Assembly: GCA_963664825.1 (NCBI GenBank)
Contig: OY761614.1
Coordinates: 480,001-544,000, forward strand
Direction of reading: 5' to 3'
DNA: 64,000 nt
DNA from: an uncultured Holophaga sp.
Lineage (GTDB): Bacteria > Acidobacteriota > Holophagae > Holophagales > Holophagaceae
The translations under genes were made by a program, and so were the position numbers. This document shows, piece after piece, positions 19,762 to 29,483 of this stretch (the stretch's first letter is position 1; each line of letters starts with the position of its first letter). Below the pieces are notes generated by a model. The model was not told where the DNA came from. It did not search any database and saw only the letters and a program-made list of their open reading frames with translations.

Positions 19762-21327
19762 ATGGAACCGACGATTCTGGCCCTGGATTGCGGAACGCAG
19801 AGCCTGCGGGCGCTCCTCTTTGCCAGGGACGGTCAGCTCCTCGATAAGGTCAAGATCGAGTACGAACCCTATTCCAGCGCCCATCCCGGCTGGGCCGAGC
19901 AGGACGCGGGACTGTACTGGAATACGCTCTGCGAAGCCACGAAGGCCCTCCGGGCCAGATCCGGCGAGGCCTTCTCCCGGATCCAGGGCGTGGGGGTCAC
20001 GACTCAGCGGGATACCCTGGTCTTCGTGGACCAGGCCGGGGAGCCGATCCGCCCGGCGCTGCTCTGGCTCGATACCCGCAAGGCCAGTGCGGTCTACCAC
20101 CCGGGTTTCCTGAGGCGCCTGGCCTTCGGGGCCGTGGGCATGCTGGAGGCGGTGAGAAAGACCCAGCAGGAAGGGAAGGCGAACTGGGTGCGCCAGCACC
20201 AGCCCGGGATCTGGGAGGGAACCGCCAAGATCCTCCAGGTATCGGGTTTCCTCAACCACCATCTCACGGGGGAATTCAAGGATTCCATCGCCTCCCAGAT
20301 CGGCCACATCCCCTTCAACTACAAGGCCATGCGCTGGTGCCGCAAGAGGGAACTGGCGGCCCTGCTCTTCCCCATCGAACCTACGAAGCTGCCCGAACTG
20401 GTGAGCGCAGGGAGCCCCATCGGGCGTATCACGCGCGAAGCCTCCGAGCAGACGGGCATCCCCGAGGGCCTGCCGGTCATCGCCTGCGCCTCGGACAAGG
20501 GCTGCGAGACCATGGGTATCGGCTGCACCTGCGAGACCATGGGCAGCATCTCGTTTGGGACCACCGCCTCGGTCCAGACCACCAGCCGACGCTATTTCGA
20601 GCCCCTCGCCTTCATGCCCCCCTACCCGGCGGCCATGCCGGGCCACTACAACCCCGAGGTGGAGATCTTCCGGGGCTACTGGATGATCAGCTGGTTCAAG
20701 CGGGAGTTCGCGCCCCTGGAAGTGCAGGAGGCCCTGGACAAGGGGCTGGCCCCGGAGGTGATCCTGGACCGCTACCTCAAGGAGGTTCCTCCGGGTTCCA
20801 TGGGGCTCATGACCCTCCCCCACTGGGGTCCCAGCCTCAAGCTTCCCATGGCCAAAGGTGCCGTGGTGGGCTTCGGCGATGTCCACACCCGGGCCTACCT
20901 CTACCGCTCGGTCATCGAGGGCCTGGGATTCGCCCTGAGGGAGGGCCTGGAGAAGATCGAGAAGACCGGGCGCGTGAAGATCACCCGGATCGGCATTTCG
21001 GGGGGCGCTACCCAATCCGATGAAATCTGCCAGATCACCGCCGATATCTTTGGCCGGGAACTCACCTCCGGGGAGACCTTCGAGACCGCTGGTCTGGGCG
21101 CAGCCATCATCACGGCCGCGGGGGTGGGCCTCTACGGCTCCATTCCCGAGGCCGTCCGGGCCATGGTCCGCAACGGCAGGACCTACGCGCCCAATCCCGA
21201 GCACGCGGAGCTGTACCAGCAGCTCTACAAACGGGTCTACCTGCGGCTCTTCAGGCGACTCCGACCCATCTACGACGAGATCCGCTCGATCCTCAACTAC
21301 CCGGAACGGGCCTCGGACGAACGATGA
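19762..21327 (+). CDS. FGGY-family carbohydrate kinase (not canonical GlpK)
   Basis: LALDCGTQSLRA, PGWAEQD, ASDKGCE, SFGTTA, ISGGATQSD. Confidence 0.9.
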   Translation: MEPTILALDCGTQSLRALLFARDGQLLDKVKIEYEPYSSAHPGWAEQDAGLYWNTLCEATKALRARSGEAFSRIQGVGVTTQRDTLVFVDQAGEPIRPALLWLDTRKASAVYHPGFLRRLAFGAVGMLEAVRKTQQEGKANWVRQHQPGIWEGTAKILQVSGFLNHHLTGEFKDSIASQIGHIPFNYKAMRWCRKRELAALLFPIEPTKLPELVSAGSPIGRITREASEQTGIPEGLPVIACASDKGCETMGIGCTCETMGSISFGTTASVQTTSRRYFEPLAFMPPYPAAMPGHYNPEVEIFRGYWMISWFKREFAPLEVQEALDKGLAPEVILDRYLKEVPPGSMGLMTLPHWGPSLKLPMAKGAVVGFGDVHTRAYLYRSVIEGLGFALREGLEKIEKTGRVKITRIGISGGATQSDEICQITADIFGRELTSGETFETAGLGAAIITAAGVGLYGSIPEAVRAMVRNGRTYAPNPEHAELYQQLYKRVYLRLFRRLRPIYDEIRSILNYPERASDER

Positions 21328-23059
21328 AGAAAGGCATTCCCATGTCGAATTCCGCTGAATTCCGCCCCCGCTGGTTCGAAGAGATTCCTCCCGAACGCTC
21401 CTGGCGTTCCATCCTCAAATGGGGGGCCCCGGGGGAGTTCAAGCATCCCAACCCACGCCTCTTCCGCATGCTGAAGCGGGTCTTCGACATGACCGACGAG
21501 GATTTCCAGACGCCCCGGAAGATGGGCCTGGAACCCACGGATTTCAAGGCGCCCACGAGGTTCTCACCCGAGGTGCTCGCCGACTTCACAGGCATTCTGG
21601 GGGCCGAGAATGTCTGCACCGACGAATACACCCGGCTGGCGGCGGCCTATGGCAAGACCATGCTGGATCTCCTGCGGCTCCGGGAAGGCATCGCCGAGAA
21701 CCTACCCGATGCCGTGCTCTACCCCAGGGACCGCCATGACGTAGTGCGGATCGTGGACTACTGCTCCCGTCACCTCATCCCATGGTGGCCTTGGGGGGCG
21801 GTTCCTCCGTGACCCGGGGCCTGGAGTGCATGAAGGGCGGCGTCACCCTGGATCTGCGAGTCCACATGAACAAGGTGGTCCGGTTCAACGAGAAGAATCA
21901 GACCATCACCGTCGAAGCCGGAATGTACGGGCCGGAGCTGGAGAAGGTCCTGAACGCGGCCATGGATCTCTACGGCGCCAGGCACCCTTACACCTGCGGG
22001 CACTTCCCCCAATCCTTCGAATTCTCCACGGTGGGGGGCTGGGTGGTCACCCGAGGGGCGGGCCAGAATTCCACGTACTACGGCAAGATCGAGGACATGG
22101 TCCTGGCCCAGGAAGTCGTCACGCCGGTCGGCGTGATCCGCACAGAGGAGCATCCCGCCTCGGCCACGGGGCCCGACACGGACCAGATCCTCATGGGCAG
22201 CGAGGGGGCCTTCGGCGTGCTCACGGAAGTGACCCTGAGGATCTGCCCCCTCATGCCAGAGAACCGCTGCCGATTCAGCTACATCTTCCCGGACTGGGCC
22301 TCGGCCCAGTCCGCCGTGCGGGAGGTGATGCAGGACCAGTTCGGGTTCCCCTCCGTGTTCCGGCTCTCGGATCCCGAGGAGACGGATGTGGCCCTCAAGC
22401 TCTACGGCGTCGAGGGCCCCCTGGTGGAGGCCGCCCTGGGAGCCTTCGGCATGAAACCGGGGCAGCGCTGCCTCCTCATCGGCTCCACGGACGGGGAGCG
22501 GGGCTTTGCCAAGCATGTGCGGAGGATGGTGGGTCGCACCTGCCGGCGCCACGGGGCCCTCCCCACCACCGGCTGGGTGACGCGCGCCTGGGAGCATGGG
22601 CGATTCCGGGATCCCTACCTGCGGGAGGACCTCCAGGACTACGGCATCCTCATCGACACCCTGGAGTGCACCGTCACCTGGGACAACCTGGAGCGGGTCC
22701 ACCGAAGGGTGCGCGAATTCTGCAAGGCCCGACCCCAAACCATCTGCATGACCCACATGTCCCACTGCTATCCCCAGGGGGCCAACCTCTACTTCATCTT
22801 CATCGCCAAGATGGACGCCATTCCCGAGTACCTGGCCTACCAGTCCGGCATCCTGGACGCCATCCAGCGGGAAGGGGCCTCCATGAGCCACCACCACGGC
22901 ATCGGCAAGATGACCGCCCCCTGGCTGGAAGGCCAGCTGGGCAGGCCCCAGCTCGAACTCTTCCGGGCCATCAAGCGGCACCTGGATCCCCACAACCTCA
23001 TGAATCCCGGCGGCACCCTGGCCCTGGATCTGCCCGACGAAGCCCGGCACCTGCCTTGA
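21324..23059 (+). CDS. FAD-binding oxidoreductase, alkyl-dihydroxyacetonephosphate synthase (AGPS)-like; split by a 1-nt frameshift at ~21779-21781
   Basis: ORFs 21324-21812 and 21782-23059 join into ...HLIPMVALGGGSSVTRGLE if one C is added; GHFPQSFEFSTVGGWVVTRGAGQNSTYYGKIED; GSEGAFGV; SHHHGIGK; DPHNLMNPG. Confidence 0.85.
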
Positions 23060-23155
23060 ACCCGGATTCTGCATTTCCAGTAGCCGACCGCCGTCAGGCG
23101 GTGGCGCGGCACAGGCTTGGTGCCCCCGAGATGGAACCGCGAGGATTCCCCCCTC

Positions 23156-24409
23156 CTACTGCTTCAGCCAGACGGGGGCCAGGAACATCCCCGACTGGGC
23201 GGGATCCGGCCAGCGGATGGCGGGGCTGCCATCCGCCACCACCAGGGCGGGATGGCCGTCGCCCTTGAGATCGGCGATGGCCACGGAGAGGGGTCCAACG
23301 TAGCCGCGGTAGAGATCCGGCGCCAGCAGCGTGCCGAGATGAGCGGAATCCTGCCGGAAGACCGCCACCGTGCCCGGGCAACCAGGCAGCCCGGCATTGG
23401 CCACCACCACATCCGGATGGCCATCGCCATCCAGGTCGCCGATGGCCAGGGAAGCCGAAGCGTAGTCGCCTGTGTCATAGGTGACGGCGGCCAGGAAGGT
23501 GCCCGGATTCAGGGGATCCTGGCGCAGCAGACTCAGGCCCCCTGTACCGTTGGCATAGTTGGCCGTGAGGATATCGGGGTGGCCGTCCTGGTCGAGATCG
23601 ACCACCTTGACGGCGGCGGGATCCTCACCCGTCAGGTATTCCACGGGGGTCTGGAAGATGCTGACCGCGGCGCCAGGGCGCAGCACGGCCACCTTGCCAC
23701 TGGCCAGGGCCACCACGATATCCGGCGCGCCGCTACCGGTCAGGTTCGCCACGGCAATGGAGGCGGGATCGGCGCTCAGGGGAATGGAGACGGGGGAGAG
23801 GAAAGTCCCCGGCACCGTGTCATGGAAGAAGACCAGCACATCGTGCCCGCCACGAGCGGCCACCACGATATCCAGCCGATTCTCATTCCGGAGATCGGCC
23901 AGGGCCACATCCAGGGGTTGGTGGGCGCCCACGGAAAGCCTCAGGGGCGCCAGGAAGGTCCCAGCCGCGGTCGTGGACTGGAGATGCACATTCACCGCAT
24001 AGGCGCCGGAATCCGCTCGGTAGTTGGCCACCACGACGTCCGGACGGCCGTCCCCATCCACGTCCCCCACCGCGATGGCCAAGGGATCGTTGCCTGTATC
24101 GCTGCGCAGGGGATCCAGGAAGCTGCCTGGGGTGGCGGGATCCTGGAGGCGGGTGGTCAGGAAACCTGGGGCGCTGGCCCCCTCCTGGAAGACCGCATTG
24201 GCCGTGAGGATATCCAGGCCGTTTCGGACAATACCCGAAGTCGTACCATCCAGGTTGGCCACCATCACGGACTGGGTGATGAAGCCTGAGAAGGGATGAT
24301 CGGGATGATCGTCTCCGCTGGAGCAGCCCAGAAAAGCCAAGGCGCTCAAGAGAATGGGAGAAAGAGCTTTCAACATGGGACGCTCCCAAAATCGGTTTTG
24401 CGGTTTCAT
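23156..24409 (-). CDS. FG-GAP/VCBS repeat lipoprotein
   Basis: Lipobox AFLGC; repeated GDVDGDGRPDVVVAN / VDLDQDGHPDIL / GDLDGDGHPDVVVAN units. Start uncertain (24409 or 24376). Confidence 0.85.
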   Translation of the reverse strand: MKPQNRFWERPMLKALSPILLSALAFLGCSSGDDHPDHPFSGFITQSVMVANLDGTTSGIVRNGLDILTANAVFQEGASAPGFLTTRLQDPATPGSFLDPLRSDTGNDPLAIAVGDVDGDGRPDVVVANYRADSGAYAVNVHLQSTTAAGTFLAPLRLSVGAHQPLDVALADLRNENRLDIVVAARGGHDVLVFFHDTVPGTFLSPVSIPLSADPASIAVANLTGSGAPDIVVALASGKVAVLRPGAAVSIFQTPVEYLTGEDPAAVKVVDLDQDGHPDILTANYANGTGGLSLLRQDPLNPGTFLAAVTYDTGDYASASLAIGDLDGDGHPDVVVANAGLPGCPGTVAVFRQDSAHLGTLLAPDLYRGYVGPLSVAIADLKGDGHPALVVADGSPAIRWPDPAQSGMFLAPVWLKQ

Positions 24410-24446
24410 GGTGAGCCCCCCCAGGGGATCAGGCAAGATGGCGTCT

Positions 24447-24938
24447 TCAGGCTTTGGTTCCCCCCTGGAACCCGTAGGTCGGGAGCCTGGCCCGCCGCCA
24501 GGCCTTCATGCCACCCCTCAGCACATAAATCCAGGTGTGGCCCCGGGCCGCCACCAGGGGAAAAGCCTGGTGGGAGAGCACATCATTCTCGTCCACCAGT
24601 ACGATGGGGCGCGGATGGCTGGTATCGAGTTCATCGAGGCGCTGCTGGAGCTGGGAGAAGGGGATATTGACCGCATAGCGGATATGGCCGTGCTTCCCCC
24701 GATAGGCTTCCTCGCTGCGGAGATCCAGGATGGCGGGAGGCGTCCCCAGCATGAGTTCCTCCAGTTGACCGGGATCCAGGGTGCTCTTGCCTCGGGCCCT
24801 CCGGCGGCTGGGCAGATCCCGGAACTGGAGGAAGGCGATGCAGAGCAGCATGAGGAGACCGAACCCGATGGGGTAGAGGAAGGCCGGATGACGCATCCAG
24901 GGATCCAGCCAGGAGGGTTCCAACAGGGAAAGACTCAT
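24447..24938 (-). CDS. Membrane-anchored rhodanese-like domain protein
   Basis: N-terminal TM helix; ILDLRSEEAYRGKHGHIRYAVNIP; VLRGGMKAW. The usual catalytic Cys position reads VLVD. Confidence 0.85.
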   Translation of the reverse strand: MSLSLLEPSWLDPWMRHPAFLYPIGFGLLMLLCIAFLQFRDLPSRRRARGKSTLDPGQLEELMLGTPPAILDLRSEEAYRGKHGHIRYAVNIPFSQLQQRLDELDTSHPRPIVLVDENDVLSHQAFPLVAARGHTWIYVLRGGMKAWRRARLPTYGFQGGTKA

Positions 24939-25003
24939 CTTGGCGCCTCGGGGAATTCGGCAAGTATGCACTCGGAGGGGCATTTTGCACGGGGAACCCC
25001 GGG

Positions 25004-25603
25004 GTGCGATCATGGGCCATGGTCTGGAATCCCCGCCCTGCCCTCTGGTTCGTCCTCGCCCTGTCCCTGACAGCCCTCGGATGCGGATCCGGCAACCCCA
25101 ACGAAGGCCTGGCAATCACTCCCCCGGCCCCCGTGGGACGGGTGGGGGAGAGCCTGGCGATTTCCGCCCAGGCCATGGAAGATTTGGCCACCGAACCCGA
25201 ATGGGAAGTGCAGGAACTCCACGGCGGCGGCTTCACCCACAGCCGGGGTTTCAATATCACCTACGTGGCGCCCCCCTCTGCGGGCACCTATCACTTGGTG
25301 GCCCGGGCCACGCGGCCCGATGGCTCCCACCTGAAACAGATCATGGAAGTGCGAGTCCTCGCCGATCCCCGCATCGAACCTTCCACGGCCACCCTTTTCC
25401 CGGGGGGAACCCAGGGCTTCGCGGTGCACATGAAGGGCCTTCCCCGCAATACCGTCACCTGGTCCATCGAGGAAACAGGGGGCGGCCAGATCTCGTCGGA
25501 AGGCCAGTACCTGGCTCCCGGCCAATCCGGCATCTACCACGTCATCGCCACCTCGACGCTGGATACCTCCGTCAGCGTGACGGCGACGGTGAGGGTGGAT
25601 TAG
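25004..25603 (+). CDS. Lipoprotein with two Ig-like domains
   Basis: Lipobox ALGC; repeated YVAPPSAGTYHLVA / YLAPGQSGIYHVIA. Start may be ATG 25019. Confidence 0.75.
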   Translation: MRSWAMVWNPRPALWFVLALSLTALGCGSGNPNEGLAITPPAPVGRVGESLAISAQAMEDLATEPEWEVQELHGGGFTHSRGFNITYVAPPSAGTYHLVARATRPDGSHLKQIMEVRVLADPRIEPSTATLFPGGTQGFAVHMKGLPRNTVTWSIEETGGGQISSEGQYLAPGQSGIYHVIATSTLDTSVSVTATVRVD

Positions 25604-25629
25604 GAGTCATTCCTGCACAGCGGCTTAGA

Positions 25630-26631
25630 TCAGACCGGCAGCGGGATCTCCAGCCGCTCCAGGAGGGCCAGGAAGGGCTCCGGCAGCGGGGCTGTGACGT
25701 GGATGCGATGCCCATCGCCGGGATGATCCAGCTCCAGTTTCCAGGCGTGGAGCATGGGGTGCTCGCAGAGGATCGGCCGCTTATCCGCGTCCTGCCAGCG
25801 GGTCATGCCGCCGTAGAGAGGATCTCCCAGGATGGGCGCGCCCAAGTGGGAGAGGTGCACACGGATCTGGTGCGTGCGGCCCGTCAGCAACTCGCATTCC
25901 ACCAAGGCCAGCCCGGCGGCCTTGGCCAGCACCTTCACCCGGGTCTGGGAGGGGCGGCCCGTGGGCGTGATGGTCATTCGCGTGCGCTCCACCCGGTGGC
26001 GGGCCAGGGGCTGATCCACCAGCAGGGAACCCAGCTCCGGCAGTTTGCGGCTCATGCGCACGAGAGCCAGGTAGCGCTTATCCACGCTGCGGATCTTGAA
26101 CTGGGCCTGGAGATTGGCCTGGGCCTCGGCGTCCTTGGTGGTGACTAGACAGCCCGTAGTGAAGCGGTCCAGGCGATGGACGAGACCGGGCCAGAGGGGC
26201 GCGGCGAAATCCTCATCGGCCCCCTCGGCCTCTTCGGCATCTTTCGCGATGGCCAGATCCTTGGCCTGGGCGCGCAGGCGCCAGAGCAGGGCGTTCACGA
26301 CAGTCCCTGTCGGATGCCCAGGGCCCGGATGGGCCACGATTCCCGCAGGCTTATCCAGGATCCAGAGCCGGTCGTCCTCGAAGAGGGTGGGCAGATCCAG
26401 GTCCTCGGGCTCCAGATGCAGGCAGGGCGGCGCCAGTTCCGGCAGTTCGGTCTCCACCGTCGCCCCCACACGCAACCGGGTTCCAGGTTTTGTGGCGGGC
26501 AGGCCATTCACCAGGACCCGGCCCTCCCGGATCCAGGCCTCCCAGCGCGAGCGCCCGATCTCGGGATGGGCGGCCGTGAGGAAGCGGTCCAGGCGCGGGG
26601 CTTCGATTTCAATGGAATGGCAAACGGACAT
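25630..26631 (-). CDS. rluD: RluA-family pseudouridine synthase with S4 domain (RluD-like)
   Basis: RLDRFL S4 domain; DKPAGIVAHPGPGH; VHRLDRFTTG; TGRTHQIRVH; GDPLYG. Confidence 0.9.
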   Translation of the reverse strand: MSVCHSIEIEAPRLDRFLTAAHPEIGRSRWEAWIREGRVLVNGLPATKPGTRLRVGATVETELPELAPPCLHLEPEDLDLPTLFEDDRLWILDKPAGIVAHPGPGHPTGTVVNALLWRLRAQAKDLAIAKDAEEAEGADEDFAAPLWPGLVHRLDRFTTGCLVTTKDAEAQANLQAQFKIRSVDKRYLALVRMSRKLPELGSLLVDQPLARHRVERTRMTITPTGRPSQTRVKVLAKAAGLALVECELLTGRTHQIRVHLSHLGAPILGDPLYGGMTRWQDADKRPILCEHPMLHAWKLELDHPGDGHRIHVTAPLPEPFLALLERLEIPLPV

Positions 26632-26667
26632 GCGGACCTGCTTTCGAGAAGGGGAGGAAAAGCATTG

Positions 26668-26694
26668 CACCACGGAGGCACGAAGAACACGGAG
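26668..26694. repeat. Half copy of the CACCACGGAGGCACG..GAACACGGAG intergenic repeat
   Basis: CACCACGGAGGCACGAAGAACACGGAG resembles the left arm at 1662-1680. Confidence 0.55.
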
Positions 26695-26816
26695 AAAAGA
26701 AGGAGGAAAATCAGATCCCTTTCATGGGCAGCGTCATGAATGGATCCGCAGGGTCCCTCCTGCGCTGTTCGATTCACACCCGGGATGGGTGGACGCGGCT
26801 CCCACAGGGACCCCCA

Positions 26817-27623
26817 TCATTTGGCGTGCGCGGCCATTTCCCGCAACTGCCTCCGCCTGAACCACCACGCCAGCCCCACCCCGAAGAGGATGAAGGCCAG
26901 GCCCGTGAGACGCCCGGTGGAAAGCCAGGAGAGGCCGAACCACACGCCCCGGTCCAGATCCCCGCGCCAGATTTCGAGGAGGATGCGCCCCAGGCCTTCC
27001 AGGATGAAGAAGACGGCCGCGATCTGGCCCTGGAAGGCCCGGCGCCGGTAAAGGAGCACCAGGATACCGGCGATGAGCAGCTCCACCATGCAGGTGTAGA
27101 GCTGAACCGGATGCAGGGGCGCAAACAGGGGCGTGCCCGAGAGCGTTTGGGCCTCGAGGCTCGTGAAGGTGACGGCCCAGGGCACATGGCATGCGGTGCC
27201 ATAGCAGCAGCCCGCCGAAAAACAGCCCAGACGCCCGATGGCCTGTCCCAGGGCCAGCGCTGGGGCCAGCGCGTCCATGGTCAAGGGCAAGGACAGCTTG
27301 AGCTTGCGGATCCGCCAGAAGAACACGACCGTACCCAGGATGATGCCGCCGTGCACCGCGCCTCCCGCCCGCAGGGTGGCGAAATCAAACACCTGGCTCA
27401 GGCTTTCGCCGTGGATGACATCGACGATGATCATCAATAGCTTCGAGCCCAGGATGCCGCCGATGAGCACCGCGATGCTGAGATCGGAGAGGGCCTCCGG
27501 GGCAAGGCCATCCCGCCTCCCCATGCGCATGGCCAGCCACAGCGCGGCGAAGAAGCCGAGGGTCAGCAGCAGGCCGTAGGTGCCAACCTCAAAGGAACCG
27601 ATGCGGAACAGGATGGGATGCAT
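26817..27623 (-). CDS. lgt: Prolipoprotein diacylglyceryl transferase
   Basis: MHPILF; GGAVHGG; LGQAIGRLGCF.AGCCYG; HPVQLY. Confidence 0.95.
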   Translation of the reverse strand: MHPILFRIGSFEVGTYGLLLTLGFFAALWLAMRMGRRDGLAPEALSDLSIAVLIGGILGSKLLMIIVDVIHGESLSQVFDFATLRAGGAVHGGIILGTVVFFWRIRKLKLSLPLTMDALAPALALGQAIGRLGCFSAGCCYGTACHVPWAVTFTSLEAQTLSGTPLFAPLHPVQLYTCMVELLIAGILVLLYRRRAFQGQIAAVFFILEGLGRILLEIWRGDLDRGVWFGLSWLSTGRLTGLAFILFGVGLAWWFRRRQLREMAAHAK

Positions 27624-27896
27624 GTCACTCCAGGTAGGGGCTGGGTCCGGCTCCTCCCATTGTCGCCGAGGGCCGACCTCCAATTGTCACCGGGAGCCGG
27701 GCTCTCGGAAAGAGGAAGCGGCCTGGGCAAGGTCTTCGGATTCAAACCATATTGCCTTATTTTTCCTAAGCCCTATATTTCGCCCACGGCATCCGGCCCT
27801 TGTTCCCTCGGGAGATCCATGGCCAGAAGGATGTGCCAAGGGTTTCCGCGCCTTCCCCTATTCCGAAATGGGGCGGCTGCCGCTGAAGGAGAAGCC

Positions 27897-28430
27897 ATGA
27901 TCCCGCGCCTTTCCGCCCACACCCTCTTGCCCCTGCTGGCATTTGCCCTGATGCTGGCCCCCGGCTCCGCGCGAGCCGCGGATCCGGAGGCGGCCAACAA
28001 GCAGATCCTCTGGGAGGTCTTCACGGCCCTGGACCGGCAGAATGACGGGCGGCTTCGGGAACTGCTGCCCGAGGAGGCGAATATCCAGATCGTCGGAATG
28101 CCGGAACCCCTGAGGCCCGCAGAACTCATGGTCTTCCTGAAGGATTACTGGAAGGCCTTCCCGGACGCCACCCACACCCTGCATCTGATCCTGGCCGAGG
28201 GCGATTGGCTGGCCGTCCGTGTAACCTGCGAGGGCACCCAACGCGGCGATTACGAGGGGGCGCCAGCCTCCGGAAGGCATATCGCCTACGCAGGCGTCCA
28301 CTTCCTGCGCATCGAGAAGGGACTGATCCGTGAATGGTGGTGCCTGGAGGACAACCTGGGTCTGAGGCAGCAGCTCGGCCTGCGCCTGGCGCCCGCCAAG
28401 GCGCCCGAGGAGCCCCCCAAGGGCCGGTGA
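27897..28430 (+). CDS. SnoaL-like ester cyclase family protein with signal peptide
   Basis: AFPDATHT...AEGDWLAVR...GTQRG...RIEKGLIREWW; SD AAGGAG upstream. Confidence 0.8.
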   Translation: MIPRLSAHTLLPLLAFALMLAPGSARAADPEAANKQILWEVFTALDRQNDGRLRELLPEEANIQIVGMPEPLRPAELMVFLKDYWKAFPDATHTLHLILAEGDWLAVRVTCEGTQRGDYEGAPASGRHIAYAGVHFLRIEKGLIREWWCLEDNLGLRQQLGLRLAPAKAPEEPPKGR

Positions 28431-28478
28431 ACCTCCATCTCGAAAGCGGCCCTCCTATACTGGAGCCCGGAGGTCTTC

Positions 28479-29476
28479 ATGTTCCAGATCACGCTCACGG
28501 CCCAGGCACTGGCGGAACGCTTAGGGGGCGCCCTGCAGAACTGCCCGCCGGAGCGCAGGCTCACCCGCGTGATGCCTCTCGACGAGGCCGAGCCTGATGC
28601 GGTCAGTTTCCTCGCCAACACCAAATACCATGCCCTGGCCCTCCAGAGCGCCGCGGGCCTGATCCTGGCCGATCCCCGGACCGATCTGGGCGACCACCCA
28701 CGACTGGTGATGGATAACCCCTACTGGGGCTTCGCCCAGGCCGTGGGCCTGCTGCACCCCGAGCCCGAGCCCGTCTGGTCGGAAGCCCCCATCGACCCCA
28801 GCGCCAGGCTCGGGGAAGGCTGCCGCGTCGGCCCCGGCGTCAGCATCGGCGCCCGCACCGTGCTGGGCGCGGGTTGCGTGCTCCATCCCGGCGTCCGCAT
28901 CGCCGAGGACTGCGTGCTCGCCGACGGCTGCGAACTCTTCAGCGGCGTCGTGCTCTATCGCCGCACGCACCTGGGGAACCGCGTGCGGATCCACGCCAAC
29001 TCCGTCCTGGGCAGCGACGGCTTCGGCTACGTGATGGTGAATGGCCGCCACGAGAAGGTGCCCCAGGTGGGCTTCGTGGAGGTGGGCGACGATGTGGAGA
29101 TCGGCGCCTGCGTCACCATCGACCGCGGCGCCCTGGGCCCCACCCGCGTGCGCAAGGGCACGAAAATCGACAATCTCTGCCAGATCGCCCACAACGTCCA
29201 GGTCGGCGAGCACTGTCTCATCGTCAGCCAGACGGGGATATCGGGCTCCACCACCCTGGGCGACTACGTGACCATGGCGGCAAGGTGGGCACGGCGGGCC
29301 ACATCCACATCGGCAGCCGCAGCATCGTCAGCGGCAATAGCATGGTGGCCAAGGATCTGCCCGAAGGCAGCTTCGTCAGCGGCTACCTGGCCCGCCCTCA
29401 CCGCCAGTGGATGGAGGCCCAGGCCGCCCTGAACCGCCTCCCTGCCCTGCTGAAGCGGCTCGCGAAGAAGGGGTGA
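28479..29476 (+). CDS. lpxD: UDP-3-O-acyl-glucosamine N-acyltransferase; 1-nt frameshift at ~29279-29280
   Basis: SFLANTKY, NPY, hexapeptide repeats, GSDGFGY, KVPQVG, KIDNLCQIAHNV. The C-terminus GKVGTAGHIHIG...AALNRLP continues in another frame to TGA 29474-29476. Confidence 0.92.
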
Positions 29477-29483
29477 GACCTCC

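Noticed and set aside
21770..29300. Programmed ribosomal frameshifting at the AGPS-like and lpxD breaks
   Set aside because: No slippery heptamer or stimulatory structure; both look like single-base losses in short homopolymers.
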